Assembly: GCA_038087875.1 (NCBI GenBank)
Contig: JAXLNO010006027.1
Coordinates: 62,001 to 126,000, forward strand
Direction: 5' to 3'
Length of the DNA stretch: 64,000 bases
DNA from: Malacoraja senta
Lineage: Eukaryota
Numbering within the stretch: position 1 is the first letter of the stretch; each line of letters begins with the position of its first letter. Under the pieces are notes generated by a model that made no database searches, had not been told where the DNA came from, and saw nothing but the letters and a program-made list of their open reading frames with translations. Shown one piece after another: positions 52,276 through 64,000 of this stretch. The translations under genes were made by a program, and so were the position numbers.

Positions 52276-53914
52276 GTTTTCTCTCTCGCACATTTCTTGG
52301 AAAGTGTGATAACATTAGCTACCCTCCAATCCACAGGAACTTATCCTGAATCTATAGAACATTGGAAAATGATCACCAATGCATGCACGATTTCTTGAGC
52401 CACCTCCTTGAGTAACCTGGGATGCAGACCATCAGGCCCTGGGGATTCATCAGCCTTCAGTGCAATCAGTCTACCCAACAATATTTCTCGCTTAATGAAA
52501 ATTTCTTTCAGTTCCTCTGTCTCCCTAGATCCTCTGTCCTCCAGTACTTCTGGGAGATTGTGTCTTCTTTAGTGAAGACAGAACCAAAGTACCTGTACAA
52601 CTCTTCTGCCATTTCCATGTTCCCCATAATTATTTGACCTGTTTGTCTTTACTAATCTTTTTCTCTTAACATACCTAAAGAAGCTTTTACTATCCTTCTT
52701 TATATTCTTGGCCAGGTTACCCTCGTACTTCATCTTTTCACTCCGTATTGCCCTTTTTGTTACCTTCTGTTGTCTTTTGAAAGTTTCCCAATCCGCTGGT
52801 TTCCAGCTACTTTTGCTGTGTTATACACATTTTCTTTTAGTTTTATTCCATCCCTATCTTCCCTTGTCAGCCACTGTTGCCTCTTACTCCCCATAGAATC
52901 TTTCTTCCTCTTTGGAATGGAATGATCCTGCATCTGTTGTAGTCCACATGTTCTTAAACCGACAAAAACGCAAATAAAATCCGTATACAAGCAGTAAAAT
53001 CTTTATTTTGCCAGGCGGGTGTGGTAAGACACTTTACAGACTATACAGAGAAATGCCACACCAAGGGCAGTGATTAAGTACATGTATTTATACTCCAATA
53101 ATCAGTGATTCAGCAATACCTTATCTACAGAGCATAGTACAGCCTCTTGCTTCTTAAGATTGACAGCTTCTTAAGATTGACAGCTTCTTAAGATTGACAG
53201 GTTCTTCTGACAGAGGAAGGGTTAGCCATATATGGTTATATGAGAAGGCTATTTTTCTGCAGATCAAGCATCTTGATTGTTTTACTAATGACGCACAATA
53301 TAATCTTATAGAGCAAGGGTAAGCCAAGAGTGTCCGAACATCCTCTTAATGTTTATATTATAGAGGAGACATTCACGAAGTTGTGCTTGTTATCTCGCTT
53401 GTTTTTTATGGGAAAAAGAACATAAACTGGTTAGCCTTGTCAGAGCTCTCTGCTGGCTTTGCAATTAATTAGGAGAATGTGACAGCTTGTCTTAATTTCA
53501 GCTGAATCCATTTTTGTAAAGTTTAAATCTTTTATACTTCCACATTCGTTCCTCTTAATCAGTTTATGATAACATTCACAGACCAATAGTGTAATATAGT
53601 ATTCCAAAGTCCATCAGGCCAACTGAGTGGCCAGCATCTCCCATTTTACTTCATTGTACCCATGCATGTCACTGTCAACCTTATGGATTTTCTCAATTTC
53701 TTGGGAAATGTGGGTAGCATATTAGAGGATTCATCAAGAATCTAGGCACAACACTCTTCTTATTATAATACAGGTTCTTATTATAATACAGGTTCCTCTT
53801 TGTTGATCTTTATGATCAATACTTATTTCATAGTAAGAACGATTTTAATATACAATGGTTGTAAAACAGTTAACACAATTACATACAAAGATTATCAATA
53901 ATTGAGAATGGAGC

Positions 53915-55780
53915 TGTCAACTATCTTTATGCAGAGCTTATAAAAAAATGAAGACGGACTCGTACACATATAAAGACACAACACATCTTTATTAAACACA
54001 TACAGCATTGGATATGCAGTACGTTACATGTCCGAGCTGCTACATCTAATGCCTGACGTAGGTGAGTTCTTAATATTATAAAGCAGGTACTAGGCGGGGC
54101 TACTACTAACAAGCACTCTAATTGGCTAGCATGCAATAGCCGATCTACATCTCTTCTTGTAGAAAATAAAAGAAACTACGGTACTTTAAACAATATACCG
54201 AGGGGATGCTAAGAATATGCTAGCAAGATTATACAAAATCGCCATATCTAATGGGTGGCCTGCAAACCCGTCCAGCCCTCGTGCGGTAGGAGACCGCCTC
54301 ACCTTCTTTCACGGGAGAAAAAACGGGAATCGGGAGTGTGGACACGATGGCGACCCGGCGACCCGGCGGGCCGAGAGGGAGGAGTCGCCACAGGCGAGCC
54401 AGGTGTAAACCGATGCGGGGAGCCCGCGGCAGCAATAACGGGTGGTGGTGGAGTGGCTGGAACAGCTGTTGGAGTGAACACGAGAGGCGGGGCATCAGAA
54501 CCTGTAGTTGCAGGACGCGGTTCCTTCACTGAAAGGATATGTTGACGGTTGCGTCTGTAGATGACCCCGTCCACTTCGACCAGGTAGGAACGTGGTTCTT
54601 TGGACGGGCCATAAATGTACCCCAGCCGTGTATGTCCTTTGTCGGTTTGCAGGCGAACCACTTGTCCACTTCCAAGTGGTTTAAGCGGCTTACTGGACTT
54701 GTCGTAGAAACGCCTTTGTGTGTCACGTTTGAATTGGGAGCGGACTCGCGGCTGCAGCTGCTGCTGAGAGACAGGCAGGGGCGCACGGGTCTGGCGAGAC
54801 ATTAGTCGCTGGGCGCGGGAGCCTCGGATGTTGTCCCATGCAATGTATCGTAGGTTGAGCAAGTCCAGGTAAACGTCAGATTTGGCAAGGTAGGAATGTT
54901 CCATAAGTTGTTTAGCACTCCGAACAGCGCGCGCTCGGCAGTCTGTTGGACTGCGGGGACTCTGGGCTGCTGGTAACGTGTTGGAAGTCCCATCTTTCAG
55001 CAAAGTTCTTGAATGCTTGGCTGGTAAATTGCCTGCCATTGTCAGTCTGAATACGTGCAGGGGAGCCATGCACGGAGAGGTGTCATTGCAGCTGTTCGAT
55101 CACTGACTCAGAGGAAATGGTTTGCAGTAAGTCTATTTCGAACCATCCCGAGTAAGAGTCTACAAGAACTAGATAGTGTTTTCCATGCCATTCAAAGATG
55201 TCGGCCGCCAGTGAGGACCACGGGAGAGGAGGAGCTGGTTGGGGCAGAAGAGGCTGCTTCTGCTGGTGTGATGCTACACTGTTGCAGATAGCGCACGTTT
55301 CGTTTTTTTCACGTATGAATTTTGTCATTCCGGGCCAGTAAAATACACTCTGGGCCCATTGAAGGGTGGCTTCCGTGCCGGGGTGGCCCTTGTGGATGTC
55401 GTTGAAGTATTCGCCCCATAGTGCGGTTGGAATCACCGCCTTGTGGCCTTTGACTATGATTCCGTCCTGCAGCACTAACTCACACGAAGTAGAAAGTATG
55501 GTCGTATCTCGAGCGGGATTTTAGACTCTTTATGGGGCCAACCGTTCTGTATGATGGTGGACAGCAATTGTAAAGTCTTGTCCGCAGCCGTGTTTTCGGC
55601 AAGGCGGCATAAGCGGTCAGTCGGCACAAACGAGACCTTCATGACTGAGAATTCATCCTGTTCGGAGAAGTGCTGTTCGCTGGTTGTGCGCGGGGCTCTC
55701 GAAAGTGTGTCTGCTATGTGTGTATGTGCATGTCTTTACCCTTCTTGTAGACGATGTGGAAGTCAAAACGCTTGTATTTA
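53915..55780 (-). mobile_element. Gypsy 3' fragment (RNase H end, integrase, probable 3' LTR ~53915-54149) inside the ERV env region
   Basis: IADTLSRAP, HKGHPG..CAIC, PWSSLAADIF..LVLVDSYS, PRSYLV..RRNRQH; PPT aagaagaga then TGTAG at 54149. Confidence 0.85.
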
Positions 55781-58700
55781 GTAATATTTAGAATTTATAC
55801 GTTTCAGTCTGTTACCGTTAACTCTTACTCAAATTTCCCCTTTAATGCCATTTATCCATGACTGTGGGATCTGCAGATTAGTTTTTAGCTTCTTTAAGAG
55901 CTTTAAAAGATTAACATCCATAAGTTCAAATGTTACAAGATACCATGAACTAGAAGCATTATGTGTCTGATTGTAATTTGGTTTTGGTTTTGAATCTGTC
56001 CTTGAGCTCGTAAGGGGTTATGCAGCGATATGGGGAAAAATGCTGAACATAGGTCAATTACTGTAAAGGTGTCGGTTTCTGTCATTATAGATGACAGAAT
56101 AATATTGGTATCAAGTACTAAAGGACTATTTTAAATAGCTCTCAGGTCTTAGACAAAACAACATTCATTCCGTCTTCCCACTTTTGGGATCAATTACACA
56201 GACTTTGCATTTTCACTAATAGTGCTCGTTGCAATAAAGACAATCATGTCAAACATAAAGACTATAGCTATAGCTTCTTCAGCCTCCGGGGCCAGTCAAT
56301 ATTGTTTTAATTCATGGCAAGGCACCTCCTCTTTTTTATAGTCAGTTTATGTTCAGGGGCTGAATACACTTATCCCACATGATTCTTATGCTTTGCCCAT
56401 AGTTCGTAGCACACGTGGACCAGAGCCACAGTAGGCAGCTGTTGCTTTTCATAGTGTCCCATTCCTTTCTGACCCATGTGATCTTTCCTTCTGTGTCATT
56501 GGCAACTTTAAAATATGAATTGTCTGTTTGTCCTTCAGCCATTTATCAGTTCCTATTTTTTTCGCTGTTGCTGGAGGTTGAGTAGTTACGATTAAGTGTG
56601 ACTCAGAGGTGTCTCTCATTTCAAATTGATCCCTTTGGTTTTATTCCTAATCCCGGGACCCCAAAGAACAAATAAGGGGACAATGTTAATTGTACAAGTT
56701 TATTCAACCAGGGGGAGACTTGTTCCTGGTATCCGGGATTAGGGAGGCATGTATATAATTCAGTGTAGTGCGTTTGCTTATGTTCATGGCTGGTTTTAAC
56801 AATATACTGTAAACACTGGCCTTTTTTATTTGCATATGGCTTCCTTTTACCCCCAGTCTTGCAGGAGGATATCCATGTCAACACTTCCTTTTTCCAGTTT
56901 CCAATTATTTTGCAATAAGTTAGGTGTATCCAACGAGGATTATTTTCGACCTTCACTGTAGGTAGGTGTAGTCAGTGGTTCTGGGAAGAGCTCCTTCCCC
57001 CATTCTCCCAATTTCCTCCGATCCCAATTTCTTATCAGTTCTTGATCTCCTGGTTGTAAGGATTCGCCGTTATGGTCAGCTGATAGTGGTTTCTGTGTTT
57101 CTCTGGTTCAGTGGTTTCTGTAAGACTAACAAGGTTCTGGTCAATAGCTGCGCATATATAATTAATTCTCACTAATGTCCTGTCCAGTCTCAGTCAAGGC
57201 TTTACTTAAACTCTTTAACTACTTACAAGGCAGACCCTTTAAAAATAGGTCATTATAAAGAAAAAACAATTTAAAAATATTCCCAATTCTCATCCACCAC
57301 CTCAATCTGAATTTCACATGCCAGTGCGTAATTCAGATCTCTCTTGAATTCGATTCAAAAGGTAAGAAATAGGAAGAAATCAAACTTAAAATACCGACAA
57401 GGTCACCAATCCTAATGCCAGGTTATGCAGCGAAGAAAGTGAACAGTCTTTTTGCTGAGCCACATCCCCTGTTTAATAAAAGTTGAGAAGACAGAGAATA
57501 CACAGTTAATTTCTACATAGATAGCCAATACAATTTCAAAGAGCAAAGGAAAAGAAAATAACTTTGTCCCAGGCTCAACACCCATACAGCTGCAACTTCT
57601 TAAAGAGACACTACCTTTTAAAACACATGAGATTCTACAAAGATATATCACGTCAATGAGCAAGCTAATTGATGACATCCTATTTCGTCTTAATTATATG
57701 ATTAATTCAACATTCACCCAGAACTGGTTCCACAAACAAGTAACAGTCTTTAAACTCACTCACTCTACACCCTCTTTCTGTGCCATTCACTCACAAATTT
57801 CCAAACCTCATGCAATATGCTAAATCTCAGATATTCACACACGTTAAAGCAATAAAATTCTCACTCAAGAGTAAAACACAGTTCTGTACTCCTCAAGGAA
57901 ATCATGTAAAACTTAAACTTTGATACAACCAAAAATAAAAAAATTACATTTTAATATATGATATTATCAGGCAAAGGCACTATGTCTTGTGCTGTTGTGT
58001 TGCTAACCTTGACCAAGCTAGCTTTGGAGAATTATAAAACAGAAGCCATATACTTCTCAAATATAATTTAAGAAAACAATAAGATAGCTGAAACTAATAT
58101 AAGATTCATATACATAGGCTGTATCTGAGGAAAATGTTATTTGTCAGCCAGTCATTTTTCATAACCTTGAGTTTATACCACTGGAGATACAGGATTTCTT
58201 TTCCTGACGTACTTACAAAATGTTTTGAAACAAAGCTAGAAAGTTGCTTTGCTAACCAAGGTCAGTGCTCCACTAAGTTTACTGACCAAGACATTTAAAC
58301 AAATCATTCACCCAAAATTTTCATACTAGTTCATAAATACAACACATACTGAAGAACGGTCTCAACCCAAAACACACTTTGGACTCTCTCTTAAACACAG
58401 GTCATTTCATTAAAAGCTTCAAAGTGTTTAACTTTCCACATTCTCTTCCCTCGTAATCCAAAAATGCATTTGTCTTGATTTACATTTTACACAGAAACCA
58501 AATTGAAGCACATTGTTGCTGTTTCTTTACAATTCTCAAGAATCCTCACAACATAATTAATTAACTTTACATTCCCTTGTCTGAAAGAGCCGTTATGTCC
58601 TCTAGAATCTTTGGTTCTGTGAGGACCAATGTGCAGAATTCGTAATCTGCTGTGTGGGCAATAATGTCAGCTGGGGCATTCTTCGTTGTTGCCACTTGTA

Positions 58701-59593
58701 TGGGCATTGCATTTAATAATGGCTAGTTGGACTGGGAGGGTTAAGGCATGCAGTAGCAGGTGCTGTTTTTAAGTTGCGAAAGTCTTCTTCTTGATGGAGT
58801 GAGAGAGTTAGAGAGAGAGTTGCTGTTGTGCCGTGGCAGAGACACCAGTAATGTATTCAATGCTGGTAGAAATTAACCAAGCCCAGAAACGGGATTGGTC
58901 CGATTACTCACAGATTTTCCCCTCTCTCTTCACCAGGGAGACAAGCTCTGTTTTTCAAACAGGTCTTTTGTTTCATGTTTGTTTGAAACTGTACCGACTG
59001 CTGGCTGCAAACTGTTAAAGTTCTTGGGGCAAAAGTGAGCAGCCTCGATTCTTGCGGGGTAGTTAAGGTACCGTGCCTCAAAAGCCACCAGCTCGACATC
59101 CTGCTTTATCTTTTCAATCTTCTTATTTATCTGCTGTTTCTCTTTCCTCTCCCTTCTTCTTCCTCATCTTCCTTATCAGTTCTTCCTTCTTCTGGGGGTG
59201 ACCTTCCCGTACTGGAGTCACTACCACTTCACGGGATCTGAGTGTCGTAGCTCCTGCTGCTAGTGACTGGTGGCCAGGGCATGGGGGAGGTATTCTACAC
59301 TATTTCAATAGACAATAGACAACAGGTGCAGGAGTAGGCCATTTGGCCCTTCGAGCCAGCGCCGCCATTCAATGTGATCATTTCCAATTATTTCTCTCCC
59401 CGAATTTGTTCCTCATCCCCCCTCTCTGTAAACATGGTCGCTATGTCAGACAAGGAGTCCCCGGGGATATTTTGCTTAGGTTTCCATTTTTACATACCAA
59501 TTGTTTAATATTATTTTGGCCAATCATATTCTCTCTTTTTTTTTCATTATGTAATCTTTACGTTTTCCCTGGATCCAAATAACACATATGCTG

Positions 59594-59666
59594 TACCAAA
59601 GCTCCCACATACCGAAACTCCCACATGTACCGAAGCTCCCACATATAGCGAAGCTCCCACATATAC
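59594..59666 (+). repeat. Four 16-18 bp tandem repeats in ERV leader
   Basis: accgaagctcccacat-like unit x4. Confidence 0.9.
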
Positions 59667-60736
59667 TCTTACCCCGAGCATATCCCATTACCGGCTCAAT
59701 ATTGGCTTAATATCTCAAACAGCCTACTTAGTTTGAGTCAACAATCCCAAAAATTGTCTTACCTTACCTGTTCTGAAAGATCTTAGCAGGGAACCAGATC
59801 ACTTCGGATGAAGGACAACAGTGTTCCCGGGTACTCTTAGAAGTTCAGACTCAAGGGGTCTGATAGTGCACTTTTGTCCCCCCTTCGAGACTCCAGCCAA
59901 ACTGTAGCCTCTTACTCAGTCTTCAGCAATTGTTTCCAGCAAGACCTGCTCGACTACGCCAATGTTGTGGTAGAAATATTCTTAAACAGACAAAAACACA
60001 AATAAAATCAGTATACAAGCAGTAAAATCTTTATTTCGCCAGGCAGGTGTGGTAAGACTCTTTACAGTATGCAGACACAGATTATACAGAGAAATCCCAC
60101 ACCAAGGGGCAGTGATTAAGTACATGTATTTACACTCCAATAATCAGTGATTCAGCAATACCTTATCTACAGAGCATAGTACAGCCACTTGCTTCTTAAG
60201 ATTGACAGCTTCTTAAGATTGACAGGTTCTTCTGACAGAGGAAGGGTTAGCCATATATGGTTATATGAGAAGGCAATTTTTCTGCAGATCAAGCATCTTG
60301 TTTTTTTTTTACTAATGATGCACATTATAATCTTACAGAGCAAGGGTAAGTCAAGAGTGTCTGAACATCCTCTTAATGCTTATATTATAGTTGGAGACAT
60401 TCATGAAGTTGTGCTTGTTATCTCGCTTGTTTTTATGGGGAAAAGAACATCAACAACTTGTTAGTCTTGTAAGAGCTCTCCGCTGGCTTTACAATTAATT
60501 AGGAGAAGGTGACAGCTTGTCTTAGTTTCAGCTGAATCCATTTTTGTAAAGTATAAATCTTTTAAACTTCCACACATCTTCTGCATTATGCCCAGAAATT
60601 CCTGCCATTGATGTTCCACCGTCATCCCTGCTAGGATCCTTTTCCATTCGATCTTGGCCAGCTCCTCTCTCATGCCTTCATAATCCCCTTTGTTCAACTG
60701 AAACACTGACACTTTTGATTTAACCTTCTCCCTCTA

Positions 60737-61682
60737 TCTCTATCTCCCCCTGAAGCCCCAAAAACAATCAAATCTGCTTAAACTTACCCGCTGCCTCGAG
60801 GATATAAAGTGTTGGATGGCCCAGAACTTCCTCCAACTAAACGAGAGTAAGTCTGAGGTCATCCTTCTCGGCCCCTCGGACTCAATCAAAATGATAGCAG
60901 GCAGCCTTGGAAGCCTTACCCCACTACTCAAACCTCACGTCAAAAACCTTGGCGTGATATTTGACTCAGCACTGAAATTTGACAAACAAGTCAATGCCGT
61001 GGTAAAAGCTAGCTTCTTTCAGCTTCAGACAATAGCTAAAATAAAACAATTCCTCCACTTTGATGACCTCGAAAAGATCATCCACACATTTATCTCATCC
61101 CGCCTAGATTACTGCAACTCCCTTTACACTGGCATCAGCCAATCTTCCCTGTCCCTGCAACTGGTCCAAAATGCCGTAGCGAGACTCCTGACGGGCACCC
61201 AAAAAAGGGACCACATCACCCCGATCCTGGCCTCTCTCCATTGACTCCCTGTGCGGTTCCGTATACATTTCAAGATCCTCCTCCATGTCTACAAAGCCCT
61301 CAATGGGCTTGCCCCCACCTACATTAAAATTCTTCTCACCCACCACTCCACCTCCAGGTCCCTCAGATCGGCCGACTTGGGGTTACTGAATATCCCGTGG
61401 TCTAGGCATAAGCTCAGGGGCGACCGCGCCTTTGCGGTTGCAGCTCCTAGACTGTGGAACAGCATCCCCCTTCCCATCAGAACTGCCCCCTCCATCGACT
61501 CCTTTAAGTCAAGACTAAAAACTTATCTATACTCCAAAGCCTTTCTTGTCGTCCTCTGAGCGAGGGCTATATGTATATATGTATGTAGTTTGTTTGTTTA
61601 TATTATTCTTATAAAAAATGTAAAGCACTTTGGCCAACGAGAGTTGTTTTTTAAATGTGCTATATAAATAAATGTGACTTGA
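60737..61682 (+). mobile_element. L2-clade LINE 3' fragment
   Basis: WMAQNFLQLNESKSE, VKNLGVIFDS, SRLDYCNSL, HITPILASLH, RAFAVAAPRLWNSIP. Confidence 0.88.
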
Positions 61683-63568
61683 CTCTCAAATTGCAGATTA
61701 AAACTTATCATATCATGGTCACTACATCCTAGCGGTTCCTTTACCTTGAGTTCTCTTATTAAATCTGGTTCATTAGACAACACTAAATCCAGAATTGCCT
61801 TCTCTCTGGTAAGCACCAGTACGAGCTGCTCTAAGAATCCATCTTGGAGGCACTCTACAAACTCCCTTTCTTGGGGTTCAGAAACAACCTGTTTTTCCCA
61901 GTCTACCTGCATGTTGAAATTTCCCATAACCACAGTGGCATTACCTTTGTTACTTGCCAATTTTAACTCCTGCAGCAACTTGCACTCTATATCTAGTCTA
62001 CTGTTTGGGGGCCTGTAGACAACTCACATTAATGTCTTCTTACGTTTACAATTCCTCAATTCTATCCACAGCGACTCTACATGGTCAGTCCCTGTGTCAC
62101 CCCTCGCAAGAGACTGAATTTCATCCCTCACCAACAGAGCTACCCCACTTCCTCTGCCCACCTGCCTGTCCTTTCTATAGGATGTATAACCCTGAATATT
62201 CAGTTTCCAGTCCCGATCCTCCTGCAGCCACGTCTCTGTAATCCCCACGATGTCATATCTACCAATCTCTACCTGAGCCTCAAGCACATCCACTTTATTT
62301 CTTATACTCGGCGCATTCATATATAATACTTTTAATCCATTACTCACCTCACCTTTCACATCCTATTTCACTTGGCCATACTCTCCTATCCCTTCATGAG
62401 CTTTCTGTCCTGTTAATTCTGGTGCCTTTCTTAATTTTTCCTATACTTTCTTTCCCTTTAACTCCATCGTTGTAGTTACAATTTGTCTCCCCCTCCCATT
62501 ATTAAGTTTAAACCCACATGTGTAGCAGTGGTAAACCTGCCTGGCAGAATGCTGGTCCCCCGCCTGTTAAAGTTCAACCCGTACCTTTTTTATAATTCAC
62601 CCTTACCCCAAAACAGTTCCCAGTGGTCTAAGAATCTAAATCCCTGCCCCCTTCACCAGCTCCTCAGTCACACATTCAGATCCCCTATCTCCCTGTTCCT
62701 GCCCTCACCAGCACGAGGAACTGGAAGCAAACTGGAGATAACCACCCTGGAGGTCCTGCTTTTCAGCCTTCCTCTGAGCTCTCTAATATCACACTGCAGA
62801 ATCTCTTTCCTCTTCTTCAGAATGTCATTTGTGCGACATGCACTACCACTTCTGGCTGCTCACCTTCATCCTTGAGGATGCCCTGTAATCGGTCCATGAC
62901 GTCCTGGATCCTGGCACCAGGGTGGCAACACTCCATCCTTGAATCTCGCCTGTTGCTGCAGAAACCCCTGTCTGTACCTCTCATGATGGAGTCCCCGACT
63001 ACCACGGCTCAGCCTGTCTACTGTCTCTTCGGCTTTGCTTCAGCGCCACGTATTGACTTGCAGACCTGTCTGCCACTCGGACTGGCAGTGTCTTCTGCCC
63101 CGACAGCTTCCAAGAGGGTGAACCTGTTTTCAAGAGGTACATCCCCCGGGGTCTCCTGTACTACAAGCTTCCTTCCCTTCCTCATCGTCACCCACCTTCT
63201 CTCGTCCGGTATCTTCAGTGTAATGATCTCGCTGTAGGTCCTGTCCAGGAAACTCTCATTTTCTCGGATGATCCTGAGGTCATCCAGTTGCCTCTCCAGT
63301 GCCCCAACACGGTCCTTCAGGAGCTGAACCTGGACACACTTTGCACAGTTGTAGTAGCCAGAGGCACCAGCAGTGTCCCTGACCTCCCACACCCTGCAAA
63401 CATCACACTGAATCAGCTTACCTGTCATTTCTTCACTGCATCTCACCCTCTCCATCTTTTGGCGTAGTCTCCAAAGACTTGCACTTTTCTCACAAGGCAC
63501 TTCCCGCGACAAGGCCGCTCCCGTAGAGCAAACCTTGCTTATATTACCTAATAAATTGACTAATTCAC

Positions 63569-64000
63569 GACTTCCGGTGGCGCCATGGAGCTGTAAGGGT
63601 GCAGCATTGAGCTCCACTCCCGTTAAAATCGCGAAAAAGCTGTTTTGAAAGACGGGACCGATTTAAAAAAACTCACCGGAGCTGTTTGGCGTCGCGTAAG
63701 TGACGTCATCAGAAATCGCCGCGAAAAATCGGAGTTTAACGGGAGTTTTAAATGAGCAAAGGGAAATGTTCACGAGGACCCAAGAAAACTACTATCAGTC
63801 TCCATCTTCAGGAAGTTCTGGAAACTCCGCAATCGACAGCAGAAAGCTCAGAAGAAGAGCCTTCCCGAGGATCTGTGTCTGAAATGGCTTCAAAAGGAGA
63901 GTTAAAGGAGAAGGAGATGAAGCAATGGGAACAGACGGTAAGAAGCAATATTACTAAGGACTTTTCCCAAATGCTAGCGGAGATGAATACTACATTGGAG
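63569..64000 (+). mobile_element. Probable L1-like LINE 5' UTR and ORF1 start (ORF open from 63752 to window end)
   Basis: Starts gacttccggtggcgccatgg, CpG-rich UTR, uninterrupted MSKGKCSRGPKK...KEMKQWEQTVRSNITKDFSQMLAEMNTTLE (83 codons, coiled-coil-like end). Confidence 0.55.

Larger units (their letters stand above)
52935..60574 (-). mobile_element. Class I (gamma/epsilon-like) endogenous retrovirus relic
   Basis: ~610-bp TG..CA LTRs 52935-53544 and 59963-60574, TSD catc, tRNA-Ser-like PBS TGGCGTAGTCGAGCAGG (59945-59961), PPT aagaggaacgaa, leader donor CAG|GTAAG (~59768), integrase C-terminus LQPGD...LTTPT/VKVENNPRWIHLTYCK (~56900-57060), TM remnant EECCA*ILDESSN (~53720-53760). Confidence 0.85.
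51240..63540 (-). mobile_element. Near full-length CR1 LINE (ORF1 zinc finger/esterase, ORF2 APE-RT), interrupted three times
   Basis: ORF1 CDVC..CAKC and VVGDSIMRG (63018-63617, 62817-63005); APE YMNAPSI, GITETWL, SDH (62024-62359, 61598-61978); RT SCLTNLL, YLDFQKAFDKVP, FADD (51248-51898). Sequence rejoins across the ERV as cctg-catc-ttctgc. Confidence 0.9.

Noticed and set aside
59594-59666. CRISPR-like short repeats
   Set aside because: No unique spacers or cas genes; eukaryotic ERV-leader tandem repeat.
23000-64000. TFAP2D, the usual upstream neighbour
   Set aside because: No AP-2-like exons recognised.

Overview
Vertebrate (not prokaryotic) genomic DNA; the repeat repertoire (abundant CR1 tails, tRNA-headed HE1/V-SINE-like elements) suggests a cartilaginous fish such as a skate or ray (inference). 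The only host gene is the 5' half of TFAP2B (AP-2 beta) on the minus strand: exon 1a 22502-22582 ([27 protein letters not shown]), alternative exon 1b 19120-19146 (MLVHTYTAM), exon 2 17456-17905 and exon 3 9507-9567. I could not find exon 4 onward, which presumably lies left of base 1. The gene sits in a ~19 kb CpG-retaining zone almost free of transposons. The flanks are dense, nested retroelement relics: many CR1 LINEs (one near full length, 51240-63540), Rex/Babar- and L2-like LINEs, SINEs, a Gypsy element (33052-37379) with a 2.14 kb tandem duplication, a decayed class I (gamma/epsilon-like) endogenous retrovirus (52935-60574) carrying a second Gypsy fragment, and the 5' end of an L1-like element. 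Most notable: (i) a dispersed family of short, often palindromic Penelope-derived elements carrying minimal hammerhead-ribozyme cores (CUGAAGA-stem-GAAAC-GUC), one tandem pair and one linked to a GIY-YIG remnant; (ii) candidate post-transcriptional controls of TFAP2B (uORF overlapping the start codon, 53-nt frameshifting cassette exon, possible third first exon); (iii) the ERV relic. All calls are by eye; most repeat boundaries are approximate. Two N gaps: 22587-22825 and 40012-40169.
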